Source: Cyanophyceae cyanobacterium (GTDB lineage Bacteria > Cyanobacteriota > Cyanobacteriia > Cyanobacteriales > JBHJGN01). Taken from it: a DNA stretch of 64,000 bases. Shown piece by piece: positions 9,719-20,598 of this stretch (the first letter of the stretch is position 1; every line of letters begins with the position of its first letter). The notes under the pieces are model-generated. The model was not told the DNA's origin. It did not search any database and worked only from the letters and a program-made list of their open reading frames with translations. The position numbers and the translations under genes were made by a program. The DNA is taken from the NCBI GenBank assembly GCA_050331735.1, contig JBHJGN010000044.1, positions 1 to 64,000 on the forward strand, written 5' to 3'.

Positions 9719-10765
9719 TCAAAACCGGGAATTTGCCATCAACTTGCCGTCAGCGGCCACCTCGCGAATGCGATAGATCGGTCGATTCTGAGACTCGTGA
9801 TAGGTCCGCATCAGAAGTTCTGCGAGCAACCCAAAGCAGAATAGCTGCACTCCCGCTAGGAGTAGAATCACCGTCAAGAAGAGGAAGGGACGATCGGCGA
9901 TGCTTTGATGGAGAGCAAACTTAATAAAGACAAGATAGAGACCGAAAAGCATACCCAGCGTTGTACACACTAAACCAGCGAGTCCGAAAACGTGCATCGG
10001 GCGAGTCAGGAAAGTTTTCATAAAGGCAATAGTAAATAAATCCATTACCACTCGAATCGTCCGGTCCAGTCCGTATTTACTTCTTCCGTAGCGGCGAGCA
10101 TGGTGGCGGACGGGAATCTCTGTAATCCTTGCCCCTTCAATGAAAGCGAGAGCGGGCAAAAAGCGGTGCAGTTCGCCGTAAAGGTTCATATCGGCAATCA
10201 GTTCAGCGCGGTAGGCTTTGAGAGAACAGCCGTAATCGTGAAGTTGGACACCAGTGACTTTGCCGATCACCCAGTTGGCTATTTTAGAGGGCAGCAGACG
10301 GGTTAAAGCAGCATCTTGTCTTTCTCTACGCCAGCCGCTAACTAGATCGTAACCTTCGTTGATTTTCGCAATCAATCGGGGAATATCGGCGGGATCGTTT
10401 TGGAGATCGCCATCGAGGGTAACAATAATGCGTCCCTGAGCCTGTTTAAATCCTGCCGCCATCGCTGCTGTTTGACCGTAGTTGCGGCGCAGAATGACTG
10501 CTTTGAGGTCCGTGCGACCGAGCGCTATTTGCTTGAGCAGTTCCGTCGAGCCATCGGTTGACCCGTCATCAACGCAGATGATTTCATAGTCAAGCTGACT
10601 CACTTTAGCGGCTTTAGCGATAGCCTCCACAAGAAGTGATAAACTTTCTACTTCGTTGTGAATCGGGACAACAACGGATAATTCTGGCTGGCCGGCAGGA
10701 AGCCAGTTCTCGCTCGCTGCTTGTGAAGGATCAAGGTTGCGACGACCGATGGTAGAGAGCTGCAT
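9719..10765 (-). CDS. Polyprenyl-phosphate glycosyltransferase, GT2 (ArnC/DPM-like)
   Basis: VDDGSTD, RNYGQTAA, LDGDLQNDP, HRFLP, two C-terminal TMs. Confidence 0.9.
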   Translation of the reverse strand: MQLSTIGRRNLDPSQAASENWLPAGQPELSVVVPIHNEVESLSLLVEAIAKAAKVSQLDYEIICVDDGSTDGSTELLKQIALGRTDLKAVILRRNYGQTAAMAAGFKQAQGRIIVTLDGDLQNDPADIPRLIAKINEGYDLVSGWRRERQDAALTRLLPSKIANWVIGKVTGVQLHDYGCSLKAYRAELIADMNLYGELHRFLPALAFIEGARITEIPVRHHARRYGRSKYGLDRTIRVVMDLFTIAFMKTFLTRPMHVFGLAGLVCTTLGMLFGLYLVFIKFALHQSIADRPFLFLTVILLLAGVQLFCFGLLAELLMRTYHESQNRPIYRIREVAADGKLMANSRF

Positions 10766-10806
10766 GATGATCTATCCTCTAGAAATAGGGTTGGAATTGG
10801 AAATAG

Positions 10807-11880
10807 TTAAATCAGTTGGTAAATAAGCTGCCAGTAGATGTTAAAAAAGCCATCTAGGAGATTCTTGGAAAAAGCGATCAATCTGTTATTGAGCAAGTCG
10901 CTTCTCATATTGATAGAACCGCTGCGGAGAACTTCGCGATCAGCAACCGTTCTCAGTGACTGAATCGATTTTCTTTTTCGCCACAGCACAGGAAAATTGA
11001 TGATGACTTGGCTAACTGCCGTCAGATATTCTTTGAGCGCACCTTTACTCAATAAAAATAGAATGAGAAAAATTTCATAGAGCAACAGTGCTGGTAGAGA
11101 TAATAATAAAGTCCGCCAGGAATACATGGTTAAGGTGAAGTACCAGCGATTCCTAACTTGATAAAATACTTTGGAGAGTCCACGTCTCTTCACTCGATGA
11201 TACGTGACTGCTTGGGGAACAGTATACAATTTATATCCGGATAATGTCAGCCTAAACGTAAATTCTCCATCCGTTCGTCCAAAGAAATAATCTTCATCAA
11301 ATAGCCCGACTTTTTGGGCTGCTGGCTTAGATATCAGTAAACAGGTGCCGGAGATGACACTGACGGGGGTAATCGTTTGTAAGCCTTCGGTAATGTGCTT
11401 TTCGGCGTTGACGAGGATGGCCTCAGAAACGTAATGAATAAAAACCCCTTCGTGTTGAATCGTATTGCGCTTATCGTTGTAAATCAGCCTGGGTGCCCAA
11501 ATAGCTCCACTGGGGTAGGCTTGATACGCTTTCACAAGTTCTGCTAAACAATCTTTTTCTAGAACCGCATCATCATCTACCAGCAAGACGAGCGCATCAA
11601 AAGATTTTTTAAGCGCTAAATTTCTGGCCGGATTGGGTCCTTTGTTTTCTGGATGGTGCAAGATTTCTACTTGAGGATAATGCTCGCTCACCCAATCAGG
11701 AGTGCCATCAGTCGAGGCATTATTAATTAACAGGACTTTAAACTGCCGATAGGTTTGAGCAAGTATCGAGTCCAGACAGGCTTGAATGACCTTTTTACCG
11801 TTGTAGGAAACTATGGCTACCGTGACATCTGGTTGAGTAGAGCCAGCTTGTTGTGGGAGAAAATCTACGGCGACTTTCAT
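10807..11880 (-). CDS. Glycosyltransferase family 2
   Basis: VAIVSYN, NNASTD, LVDDDA, GLFDEDYFF. Confidence 0.88.
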   Translation of the reverse strand: MKVAVDFLPQQAGSTQPDVTVAIVSYNGKKVIQACLDSILAQTYRQFKVLLINNASTDGTPDWVSEHYPQVEILHHPENKGPNPARNLALKKSFDALVLLVDDDAVLEKDCLAELVKAYQAYPSGAIWAPRLIYNDKRNTIQHEGVFIHYVSEAILVNAEKHITEGLQTITPVSVISGTCLLISKPAAQKVGLFDEDYFFGRTDGEFTFRLTLSGYKLYTVPQAVTYHRVKRRGLSKVFYQVRNRWYFTLTMYSWRTLLLSLPALLLYEIFLILFLLSKGALKEYLTAVSQVIINFPVLWRKRKSIQSLRTVADREVLRSGSINMRSDLLNNRLIAFSKNLLDGFFNIYWQLIYQLI

Positions 11881-11924
11881 TGGGAACTCCTGATAACAGT
11901 TGCAATAATAGTTCTGATAACGCT

Positions 11925-13331
11925 TTATACAGTTCTAGGCTTATCGAGAAGGCGAGCGGGACGCACCAACGCCACAATCATGGCGATGCCAGCAAGCATA
12001 ATGCCCATTCCAATCGCCGGGTTTAAGCCGTTGAGAATCAGAGAGGGCATCGCCACAGTGATAAGGCTTATTGCCGCTACCTGGCGCAGGCGCTGACCCA
12101 AGCGCTGATACTGTATGTTGCTCATCAAGCTCAGACCCGCAACCGCCAGCACCACTTCGCTCAGAAGAGTCGCGAGAGCGGCTCCGGCAGCTCCTAACCA
12201 GGGAATCAACATGAAGTTCGAGGCAACATTGACAATGACGGTTGCGAGCAGCAGCCGAGGCAAATGCTTTTCCCGTCCGGTAGCCTGGAGGAAAGAGCCG
12301 ACCAAATTTCCGAAGATCTTGATACTTAGACTAGGCAACAGAATAGACAAAGAGGCGATCGCCGGAAAAAATTCTGAGCCGTATACCGTTTCTACGAGAG
12401 TAAACTGTAGGAACTCAGCAATCAGCAACACCGGCACCATCACTGCTAGCAGCAGGCGAGTCGTCTGACCCATTTCCTGGGGCAACTGCTCAGGATTTTT
12501 CATGTGGCAGCGGGTGAAGCGAGTAAGCGCAACATAGAAAATTACTCTCGGTAGAGCGGAAAAAATTTCCAGCAAACGATAGGACGCACTGTAAAAGCCT
12601 GCTTCTTCGGGAGTAGCCAGCACTTTAAGCATGAGCACATCGACTTGATAGTAAAGCACCCACAGCACTCCAGACAGGGCAAAAGGGTAAGCTTTTTGAA
12701 GGGCTTGCTTGAGTTGACCGAAGCTGAGCGGCGACCAAATCTGAACCCGACGACTGACAAAGAAGAGGAGTCCAAAGATGTCGAGCAGACGCACCGAGAC
12801 TAGCACCACCACCACCCAAATGAGACTCTCTGTCCACAGTAAAGCCGCTCCTGCTGCCACAACAACTAGGGAGCGTTCTAGGGCAACAGCGACAGTTTCT
12901 GTCCGAAATTGACTTAAACCCCGCAAGACAGAGCGGAGAGTTTGCTTGGCGCTGCGGCACACCTCTGCCAAGACGACTAAATAGCAAACAATGATGCCGT
13001 GGCCCTCAAAACCTAGAGCATAGGCTAGGGGCAATAGCAGCAGCAGCACGGGGAGGGAATTGAGTCCCTCCAAAAGCAGAAACGTAACGGTTGATTTTGG
13101 TCCCTCTTGGGGATAAGCCGCTACTTCCCGAACTAGCAAGTTTGGCAGCCCAAACTGAATAAAAAAGGCCAGAATACCTCCTAACGCAGTCGCCGCCGCA
13201 AACAGTCCGTATTGCTCAGGTCCTAAAGTCCGAGCAATCAAAATATAAAAGACAAAGGTCAGACCGAGAGTGGCTTCGCCCAGGAAAGCATAAATATAGG
13301 ACAGGTCAAGGCGACCCCATAGGGATTTCAT
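11925..13331 (-). CDS. Wzx-type oligosaccharide flippase
   Basis: ARTLGPEQYGLF, multiple TMs, AGFYSASYRL, LIPWLGAAGAALAT. Confidence 0.88.
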   Translation of the reverse strand: MKSLWGRLDLSYIYAFLGEATLGLTFVFYILIARTLGPEQYGLFAAATALGGILAFFIQFGLPNLLVREVAAYPQEGPKSTVTFLLLEGLNSLPVLLLLLPLAYALGFEGHGIIVCYLVVLAEVCRSAKQTLRSVLRGLSQFRTETVAVALERSLVVVAAGAALLWTESLIWVVVVLVSVRLLDIFGLLFFVSRRVQIWSPLSFGQLKQALQKAYPFALSGVLWVLYYQVDVLMLKVLATPEEAGFYSASYRLLEIFSALPRVIFYVALTRFTRCHMKNPEQLPQEMGQTTRLLLAVMVPVLLIAEFLQFTLVETVYGSEFFPAIASLSILLPSLSIKIFGNLVGSFLQATGREKHLPRLLLATVIVNVASNFMLIPWLGAAGAALATLLSEVVLAVAGLSLMSNIQYQRLGQRLRQVAAISLITVAMPSLILNGLNPAIGMGIMLAGIAMIVALVRPARLLDKPRTV

Positions 13332-13378
13332 AGAGTAAATCGATAAGTTGCTTGGCAGAGCTGAGCAGGGGTAATTAG

Positions 13379-14167
13379 TTACTGAGCCGTTGTCGAGTCG
13401 GAGCGCATTTTGATTATCTTTGCCGGAACTCCAACAGCAACGGCATACTCAGGCAAATCTTTGGTAACTAAGGCTCCAGCACCGACAATACATCCTTTGC
13501 CGATTCGCACACCATCGAGAACGGTAGCTCCGGCGCCTAACCAAACATCGTCTCCAATGACAACGGATCCTTTGGAATAAACACCCTGCTCCATCATGGG
13601 AATATCTAAGCGGTTAGATATATATCGTCCACCGCCGATGTAGCAATTCCCGGCAATGAGCACAGAGCGGCCAATCGTAATTCCGCCTCCCGATGAAATA
13701 AGCGTGTTGCAGCCAATATCGGTTTTCTCTCCAATTTCAACAGGTCCAGTTTTTCCCTGGATAACGCAATTTCTGGAGACAATCACTTGCTCATGCAGTG
13801 TGATGCCTAGTTCTCCAGCGCCACTCGCGTCGAGCAGTGTATAATCATCAACCGCTACGCCTGCTCCGAGAGCGATGCGCCCTGGATGTCGCAAAACTAG
13901 CCCTTTGCCTAAAATGGTTCCCTTGCCAATGCTTCTAAAGAGAGAGCGATAGAACTTTTTTCTCAAAATGTATCCCAAAGCACCGGAAAGGTTGCCAAAC
14001 AGCAGAGTGGCTATTTCATACTGCACCAAAGATAAAAGATTGCTATTTCCCAACACCTTGGCCTGATATTTCTGGAGCAGAGAAGATTCTGTCCCGTTAA
14101 GCTGCTCGGTGAGGGGAACTTTGGCAATGAGGGTTTTGTCGGATGCGATCGCCATCTTCGTCACCAT
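13379..14167 (-). CDS. Left-handed beta-helix acyltransferase
   Basis: Hexapeptide repeats, VIGDDVWLGAGATVLDGVRIG, AVGVPAK. Confidence 0.88.
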   Translation of the reverse strand: MVTKMAIASDKTLIAKVPLTEQLNGTESSLLQKYQAKVLGNSNLLSLVQYEIATLLFGNLSGALGYILRKKFYRSLFRSIGKGTILGKGLVLRHPGRIALGAGVAVDDYTLLDASGAGELGITLHEQVIVSRNCVIQGKTGPVEIGEKTDIGCNTLISSGGGITIGRSVLIAGNCYIGGGRYISNRLDIPMMEQGVYSKGSVVIGDDVWLGAGATVLDGVRIGKGCIVGAGALVTKDLPEYAVAVGVPAKIIKMRSDSTTAQ

Positions 14168-15237
14168 TACTTGTAGGCCAACTTAGTTTTGGAGGGGCTT
14201 TTAGAGGAGGAAATCCAGTCATGGTTGAGATACCATTGAGCTAGTTCCTCTAGTCCTTCTCGGTCGGAGTGAGCCGGAACAAACCCCAGCAGGTTTTGCA
14301 TTTTCTGAGTGTTGAAGGAGCGGTCTTTGGTGTAAAAAGCTAATCGTCTGCGATAGATGGGCGGTTCTATCCCAAAATGACGACAGACAGCTTCTAACAA
14401 ATCCCCAAGAGCAAACAGGGGAGCAGCAGGCAGACGGATAAACCGAGCCGTCACTCCGTAATAGTCACTGATGAGTGCCACCATGTGCTTAAACGACATC
14501 GCTTCTTTGCTGCCACAGATGAACACTTCCCCAACAGCACGGGGATGAGTGGCTCCGAGGATGAAGAAGTTGGTGAGATCGTCCACATGAATAAAATGGA
14601 GGAGATTGCTACCGTCACCAATCACTGGCACCCACTGACGAGTCACCATTTTAAAAATTTTTAGCAGCCTCTTTTCCCCCGGTCCATAGATACTAGCCGG
14701 TCGCACGACAGTAACGGGCAAGCCATGCTGTTGACCAAATTCTCGAATCCACAACTCTCCTTCGAGTTTGCTCTCCTGATAAACATCTCCTGGGTGAAGC
14801 GGGCAGTTTTCATCTCCCGGAGGATTAGCAACGTGACCGTGAACTCCGATGGTCGAGACGTGAACAAAACGTCTAAAATCTGGTTGTTTGAGCGCTGCCT
14901 TAGCTAAAAGCTGAGTACTTAAGACGTGGACATTGTAATAGGCAACATCTGGGGATTTAGCTTCCCGAAACGGAGTTACCATATGAAAAATATAGTTGAC
15001 CCCTGCAACGGCTTTGTCAATCAAAGCCTCATCAAAGACATCCCCACGCAGCCACTCAATCGGCATTCCTTGAAAGGGTTCTAGGTTGGAGGTAGGCCGA
15101 GCAATTGCCACGACTTTGATACCTTGATTAACGAGCTTGCGAACTAGCGCTGAGCCAGTATATCCAGTGGCTCCTGTTACCAAGGCGCGACTATCAGCAG
15201 GAAGTTGATATTGATTCATGTTTGTTACGTGTGTCAA
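14167..15237 (-). CDS. NAD-dependent epimerase/dehydratase
   Basis: VTGATGYTG, HVST, YQESK, RPASIYGP. Confidence 0.88.
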   Translation of the reverse strand: MTHVTNMNQYQLPADSRALVTGATGYTGSALVRKLVNQGIKVVAIARPTSNLEPFQGMPIEWLRGDVFDEALIDKAVAGVNYIFHMVTPFREAKSPDVAYYNVHVLSTQLLAKAALKQPDFRRFVHVSTIGVHGHVANPPGDENCPLHPGDVYQESKLEGELWIREFGQQHGLPVTVVRPASIYGPGEKRLLKIFKMVTRQWVPVIGDGSNLLHFIHVDDLTNFFILGATHPRAVGEVFICGSKEAMSFKHMVALISDYYGVTARFIRLPAAPLFALGDLLEAVCRHFGIEPPIYRRRLAFYTKDRSFNTQKMQNLLGFVPAHSDREGLEELAQWYLNHDWISSSKSPSKTKLAYK

Positions 15238-15254
15238 GTAGTGTGTTATTTGTG

Positions 15255-16034
15255 TCAGGTAGAGAGTTGGCTGCTACAAACTGAGCCACCCCTCATTTTT
15301 GTGAATTTAGCGATTACCGGCGAACCCAGTAAGCTGTTCAATCCCGATCGCTGCATTCCTTGTTCTAGCGCGGACGACAGAGATGGAGATTTCAGTAAAC
15401 GATGCAGCACCATGGGAACCACAAATTGCGGACAACGCTTTGTTTGCTTTAAGCCCAAACTTCGGCAAAACTCGACAATTTCAGATTCTCGGTAGCAGGT
15501 AAACGGTCGCGTGTTTCCTTCTACCCTCTTTTTCAGCTTGAATAGAGAGGGGGCAATGACATTAACGCTCCTGAGCGTTGGATAATCAACAATTACAGCG
15601 TGTTTAGCGACTCGGGTGAGCTCGCAGAGAAACACCTGCCATTGAGTCACATGAGCGAGAAAGCGGTAGCTAATTACTACATCAAAAGTCCGGTCTGGAT
15701 AAGGCAGTTTTAAGACATTGCCCACCTTAAACTGACAAAGATTGGCATTGACAAACGCCTGTATGCGAGCCTCACAGATTTCAGCGCTGCCGAGAACGGT
15801 TACTTGATAGTCATGCTCAATTAAAGAACCCGTAAGCTGTCCGTGACCGCCACCCACATCTAATACCTTCGCGTTTGGATACGGAGCCAACATTTTTAAC
15901 GTTGCTTCTTCCTGTCTTTGTAGAAGCCAAGCGCCAATGGTTCCAGCAAAACGGGAGGCATAATCATCAGAAGAGGTATCTATATCGGCTGTTTCTAGAA
16001 AAGCTGTGTTTAACATTGAGCTTGATCTCACCAC
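15255..16034 (-). CDS. Class I SAM-dependent methyltransferase
   Basis: VLDVGGGHG motif I, LPYPDRTFDVV. Confidence 0.85.
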   Translation of the reverse strand: MVRSSSMLNTAFLETADIDTSSDDYASRFAGTIGAWLLQRQEEATLKMLAPYPNAKVLDVGGGHGQLTGSLIEHDYQVTVLGSAEICEARIQAFVNANLCQFKVGNVLKLPYPDRTFDVVISYRFLAHVTQWQVFLCELTRVAKHAVIVDYPTLRSVNVIAPSLFKLKKRVEGNTRPFTCYRESEIVEFCRSLGLKQTKRCPQFVVPMVLHRLLKSPSLSSALEQGMQRSGLNSLLGSPVIAKFTKMRGGSVCSSQLST

Positions 16035-16043
16035 TAAAAGCGA

Positions 16044-16850
16044 TTAATGGGCAAACCGGATTGCTATCTGGTTACGGAGAAAGCGAAGCGGAGATTCTAA
16101 AGAGCCGTAAGGCTGAAGCTGGGTTTCAGGATTCAGCAACATTTGCTTCATCTGCTGTCCTGGTTTCTTAGAACTGAGCGTACCGGTGACGGTAAAACCA
16201 AAACTGCCAGGGCGACTCGCTTCAGAAGCCAAAGGCAAGGGATCAGTGCCGGGCAGAACTCGCCATCCTTTAGCTTGAGCTTGTTTAAAGTGAGGCGGAC
16301 TCCGCCAGAAAATCGGTCGTCCACCGTTGTCTCCTAAGAAAAGCACAGGAAAATGATGTGTGGCCAGAAAATCCTGCAAAAAAGTGCCTCTCTGACCGAT
16401 CCACTTGCCTACTCCCCAGGGAATCACGGGAATGCTGCCTGCTGAGAGAATTTTTTGTACGGTAATTTCTAGAGGCTCACCATCTTCAAATTGTTGCTCA
16501 GTAATAAGTGCTAGTACTTCAAGGTTTTCTTGAGTAACAATTTGACGACCAGCCATCAAGTAAATTCCTTGACGAAGAGAGTTATCGGCATACAGGGAGA
16601 CATTTTCTTGAGTTCTTTGAAAGGACCATTCTTTTGAGAGAAGCTTAGCTTTATCCCTATCGGCGATCAGTTTTTGAAAATAGTTTTTCCCCGTTACTTC
16701 CGTGAAAAACAGGACCGCTGTACTGTTGTGCTGACTAACACAACAATTGAAGTTTTGAACAGCAGCGCTTAATAGGGCATCTAGATTAAAGCAATCGTGA
16801 ACATGAACGTGGGCATCGACAATAATTTGATGGGCGTTCTGACTAGTCAT
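16044..16850 (-). CDS. PHP/amidohydrolase-like metal-binding protein
   Basis: DAHVHVH N-terminal motif, FTE, late GTD motif. Confidence 0.55.
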   Translation of the reverse strand: MTSQNAHQIIVDAHVHVHDCFNLDALLSAAVQNFNCCVSQHNSTAVLFFTEVTGKNYFQKLIADRDKAKLLSKEWSFQRTQENVSLYADNSLRQGIYLMAGRQIVTQENLEVLALITEQQFEDGEPLEITVQKILSAGSIPVIPWGVGKWIGQRGTFLQDFLATHHFPVLFLGDNGGRPIFWRSPPHFKQAQAKGWRVLPGTDPLPLASEASRPGSFGFTVTGTLSSKKPGQQMKQMLLNPETQLQPYGSLESPLRFLRNQIAIRFAH

Positions 16851-16984
16851 TCTGCTTATTAGTAATATATAAAACTTAAAAACCGCAACAAGTAAGGTCA
16901 GAGAAAAAAAGGGCTTTTCAAGCCAGAATGGCTATGCTTGAAGATAACAAGCAACTTTAGCGCTCAGCCGAGATTGCTTGGCTA

Positions 16985-17500
16985 CTAACTTCTTAATGAT
17001 TGAGAGTTTGAACGCCACCAAAGAATGAAGCATAGTAAGATTGAATACCCCAACTCAAAAACGAGCGGCGCAATGTGCCCATAGTCCCACAGTCCTCTTG
17101 AATGATGAATACCAGGAAAAACAGTCACTGGCGAGCGAAAGTAGCGATCTATAAACGGAAAAAAAAGCTTAATTCCTCTCCCGGCGCTGAAAAAGTCTAA
17201 CAGGAGGTGAGAACTATAAAGAATGAAGGTAAAGAGAGATAAGCGACGAGTAGAAAGTTTCTTAAAATTAAGGCATAGACCACAAAGAGTACTAAAAGCG
17301 ACAGCAAAGATGAGGCTGTGGGTCAATCCTCTATGATAGGCAGCTCCAGTGAGCAGCTGAGGAATGAAATCAAGGTCAGCAGCACTCGCGACAAAAACAG
17401 GATAAAAAAACGGCAACCATTTAGAGTGCTGGCGTAAAGACACGGGGAGAAACGTGGAGAGAACATAACCCGAAACGGAGTGGGCTAGGGGAGAAGGCAT
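16985..17500 (-). CDS. Membrane-bound metal-dependent hydrolase (YdjM-like)
   Basis: MPSPLAH, DLD, HRGLTHSL, SHLLLD. Confidence 0.85.
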   Translation of the reverse strand: MPSPLAHSVSGYVLSTFLPVSLRQHSKWLPFFYPVFVASAADLDFIPQLLTGAAYHRGLTHSLIFAVAFSTLCGLCLNFKKLSTRRLSLFTFILYSSHLLLDFFSAGRGIKLFFPFIDRYFRSPVTVFPGIHHSRGLWDYGHIAPLVFELGYSILLCFILWWRSNSQSLRS

Positions 17501-17504
17501 AATT

Positions 17505-19118
17505 TTAAGGAGCTACAGCAGAATAACTGGCAACGTCGATGGTCCGCAATTCCTGTTGAGTCCTTACCGGGCTCCAGCCTAATTCTGTTCCCATGACTTC
17601 AGCACAAAACTGGAGAAGTTCAGGATTTAAGCATCCGGCAGAACCTAGCTCTGTTCTGCGAAATACCACGTCGCTCAATCTTTGAGCCATTTCTTCACGA
17701 ATAGCGTAAATGACTTCAGCTCGCAAGACCGCCAGATCGTTAGGGGGATGAGAAATTAAATACTTCAACACGTTAGGATACGCAGAACCGTAGTTGTAAA
17801 CTAAGCGCCGCACTACTTTCTCTTCTAGCGTGTGAGCAAAGCGAGCGATCGCCTCTTGCAAAAATTCAGCAAACTGCTCGATCTGCCCCCCGTAGACGGG
17901 CGTAAGCGAAGAAATAGACGGTGGCGGCTGTTGTTCCCACGTGTGGAAAATGTAGTCTATTGCCTTTTGCGCGACATCTCTTGCCGTCGTGTATTTGACA
18001 CCGGTTACTGAAATCAGTCCTGGCCAGCCCTGTTGGGCATGATCGTAAATTTGATAATGCTTAGTCAGTATTGGCTCCCCCTGAATCGTCCTCGAGCAAG
18101 GCAGCAAACCGCTATGCACTAAAGCAACATCTTCTCGGCTAAGCTGAGCGGCGGGAAACGTCTGATTGACCTCGTTGAGAAAGTCACGAATATCTCGTTC
18201 GCTAACGCTTAACGCATCTGGCTCTCCCTGCCAAGGAGTATAGGAAGTACCAATGATCGAGCGCTCGCGCCAAGGGACCACAAACAAAAAACGCCCGTTG
18301 CGGTTTGCTAGTCCCACCGCGTAGGTGCTAAATAGCGGACGACGCAAAACGAGATTCATAGCCCTCGCCCAAGGCTGAGCTTGCTGACGGTTGAGTAAGC
18401 CCAATACCTGATTGACCCAAGGTCCGCTCGTATTAACAACGGTTTGAGCGCGAATCTCCAGCGGCGTTCCGGCTAAGGCATCGTTGGCGCGTACTCCGAT
18501 AATGCGGTCGCCCTCCTGGATAAACCCAACTACCTGTACGTAATTTGCCACGTCAGCCCCCGCTTGTTCCGCAGCCCGAACAAAGGCCAAGGTTAGCCGC
18601 TCAGAATTATAGACCTGGGCATCGGTGAAAGTGGCTCCTCCTGTCAGTCTTGCTGTTGGAATAGTTGGCAGGTATTCTAGACATTCTCGCTTAGAGATTA
18701 CTCGTCCTCTGGGAATGTGCTTTTGCCGATCCTGAATCCAGTTGCGATCGCTGCTAATGAGGTCGTTGAGCATCATCGCGACGCCGAGGGCTTTCTTTCC
18801 TTTTAACCCATGACCGTAGGTAGGAATCAAGATAGGGAGAGGGTGAACTAGATGAGGAGCAATGCGCATCAGTGTCGTGCGTTCGCAAATTGATTCCCGC
18901 ATCCGCTTAAAGTCGGCATTTTGCAGATATCTGAGGCCGCCGTGAATAATTTTTAAACTATTGGCTGAAGTGGCTGAACCAAAATCTCCCTTTTCTACTA
19001 AGGCAACAGATAGTCCGCGCAGGCTGGCTTCCCTAGCCATGCAGGCTCCATAAATTCCCCCACCAATGATGAGCAAGTCGTAGACTTTTTCAGTAAGCTT
19101 TGTTAAATTTCTGTGCAT
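17505..19118 (-). CDS. FAD-dependent glycerol-3-phosphate dehydrogenase/oxidase family protein
   Basis: IIGGGIYG, TSANSLKIIHGGLRYL, GVKYTTAR, DVVFRRT. Confidence 0.85.
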   Translation of the reverse strand: MHRNLTKLTEKVYDLLIIGGGIYGACMAREASLRGLSVALVEKGDFGSATSANSLKIIHGGLRYLQNADFKRMRESICERTTLMRIAPHLVHPLPILIPTYGHGLKGKKALGVAMMLNDLISSDRNWIQDRQKHIPRGRVISKRECLEYLPTIPTARLTGGATFTDAQVYNSERLTLAFVRAAEQAGADVANYVQVVGFIQEGDRIIGVRANDALAGTPLEIRAQTVVNTSGPWVNQVLGLLNRQQAQPWARAMNLVLRRPLFSTYAVGLANRNGRFLFVVPWRERSIIGTSYTPWQGEPDALSVSERDIRDFLNEVNQTFPAAQLSREDVALVHSGLLPCSRTIQGEPILTKHYQIYDHAQQGWPGLISVTGVKYTTARDVAQKAIDYIFHTWEQQPPPSISSLTPVYGGQIEQFAEFLQEAIARFAHTLEEKVVRRLVYNYGSAYPNVLKYLISHPPNDLAVLRAEVIYAIREEMAQRLSDVVFRRTELGSAGCLNPELLQFCAEVMGTELGWSPVRTQQELRTIDVASYSAVAP

Positions 19119-19248
19119 TGAATTGATTCTGGTGAAGCGACAGTAGTCTTAAGAGTAATATGTTGCTAGTCATAGTGATCGCTAGCTTCAGCGGGCTGAT
19201 TAAAAGAAACGCTCTTGGCCAATTGTGTTTATCCGTTTCTTTGAGCCG

Positions 19249-20598
19249 TTATTTTTTTGAATCAACCAAGCAATGATTGTAGCTACACCGCTCAAACCGC
19301 GATCGCCTCCACGCCACCCACTGATAAACTTTTGGACCAATTACTGAGGCCATTGGCAGACAACAGATCAGATGTAACGGCCACAATAGGGGAAGATATT
19401 TCAAAACTGCTCGAAAAGCAAAGAAGCCTTTGCGAACAGCTCCGTGAGGCAGGAGTACGTGCATTCTCTGGCGACAGTCTGTTAGAGAAATATGTGGATG
19501 CCTGCTAGATAATCTGTACCACTGAGTTTCTAAGTTACTATACGTAATTCGTTCAAACCAGTCAAAGTATCGCAGCACAATCATTGAGCGGATACAGAGA
19601 GGACACAAGCCGTCATAAAAAACTTCTAGTTTGGGTTCTTTTTTAGCCTGGAAATAGCGACTTAAAGACTGAACAAGCGAGGCCCAAGGAACGAAAACTG
19701 AATAAAGAGCGATGTACTGAAAAAATGGAGCTCTTTGAGTCCAGTAAATTCCAGTATGAAAAGCCGTTCCTGCAGGAATATACAGCCAAGCTAATTTAGG
19801 AAACAGCAACACTACCCAGAAAGTACTTTCGAAGAGAATCGCCACAATCGAAGATAACCACGCAAAAGTATGGTGTTGACCTAACCAAACTCCCAATTCG
19901 CTTCCCCACCTAATGCCGTCCCGAATCAGATAGAACTGCAGCGTGTAACCATTCATCCAGTCAAGAGTCAGCGCTAGAGGCTGCGTTTGCAAAATTTTAC
20001 TCATAGCAGCCGACAAGTAAATCAAGGCAAACAGCCACTGGATGAGCAGCAGTGACCAACCTGCCCAAGGACTTTTCTGAGTCACAATATTGAATTCGCT
20101 CCAGCGTTTCTTCGTCGTGCGGCTCCGCAGGCGACGCTGCAAATTATCGTAGGACAGAACACCGCCTGCCGGACTTAGCGCCAAAACAAACAGCGCGATG
20201 AGCATCAAAGCTTCAGGATGATGGAAGTCTCCAAAAGAGTATAAATAAGCTTGAATCAAAAGATTGCTCATCGCGAAGACGAGCAAACTGACTTTGGTTC
20301 TGATCCCCAGTAGAGAGCACATTCCAGCAATAATTGCCAGCCAATACGTAATTGTGAGAATTTCAGCCGAAGGGCGATAGTTGGCTAATGGTAAGAGAAA
20401 CTGGAGAACTGGCAGTGGCTGGTATAAAGAATCGGGAAGTAGAGAACGCTCTAGTAATTGACCCAAATAATCGTTTTTGACTAGGTAAAAAAGCTGAAAC
20501 GCAATGACGACGATCCGACAAACTGCTAAGTTGAAGAGAGAAGCTGGACGGAACCAATAGGAGTTCCAGTAGCTGAAAGCATGTTGTTGCTTAGTCAT
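19249..20598 (-). CDS. HTTM-like membrane protein fused to DCC1-like thiol-disulfide domain
   Basis: TM region with IYLSAAMSK, FHTGIY; C-terminal FYDGLCPLC (DxxCxxC) and YQWVAWRR. Confidence 0.8.
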   Translation of the reverse strand: MTKQQHAFSYWNSYWFRPASLFNLAVCRIVVIAFQLFYLVKNDYLGQLLERSLLPDSLYQPLPVLQFLLPLANYRPSAEILTITYWLAIIAGMCSLLGIRTKVSLLVFAMSNLLIQAYLYSFGDFHHPEALMLIALFVLALSPAGGVLSYDNLQRRLRSRTTKKRWSEFNIVTQKSPWAGWSLLLIQWLFALIYLSAAMSKILQTQPLALTLDWMNGYTLQFYLIRDGIRWGSELGVWLGQHHTFAWLSSIVAILFESTFWVVLLFPKLAWLYIPAGTAFHTGIYWTQRAPFFQYIALYSVFVPWASLVQSLSRYFQAKKEPKLEVFYDGLCPLCIRSMIVLRYFDWFERITYSNLETQWYRLSSRHPHISLTDCRQRMHVLLPHGAVRKGFFAFRAVLKYLPLLWPLHLICCLPMASVIGPKVYQWVAWRRSRFERCSYNHCLVDSKK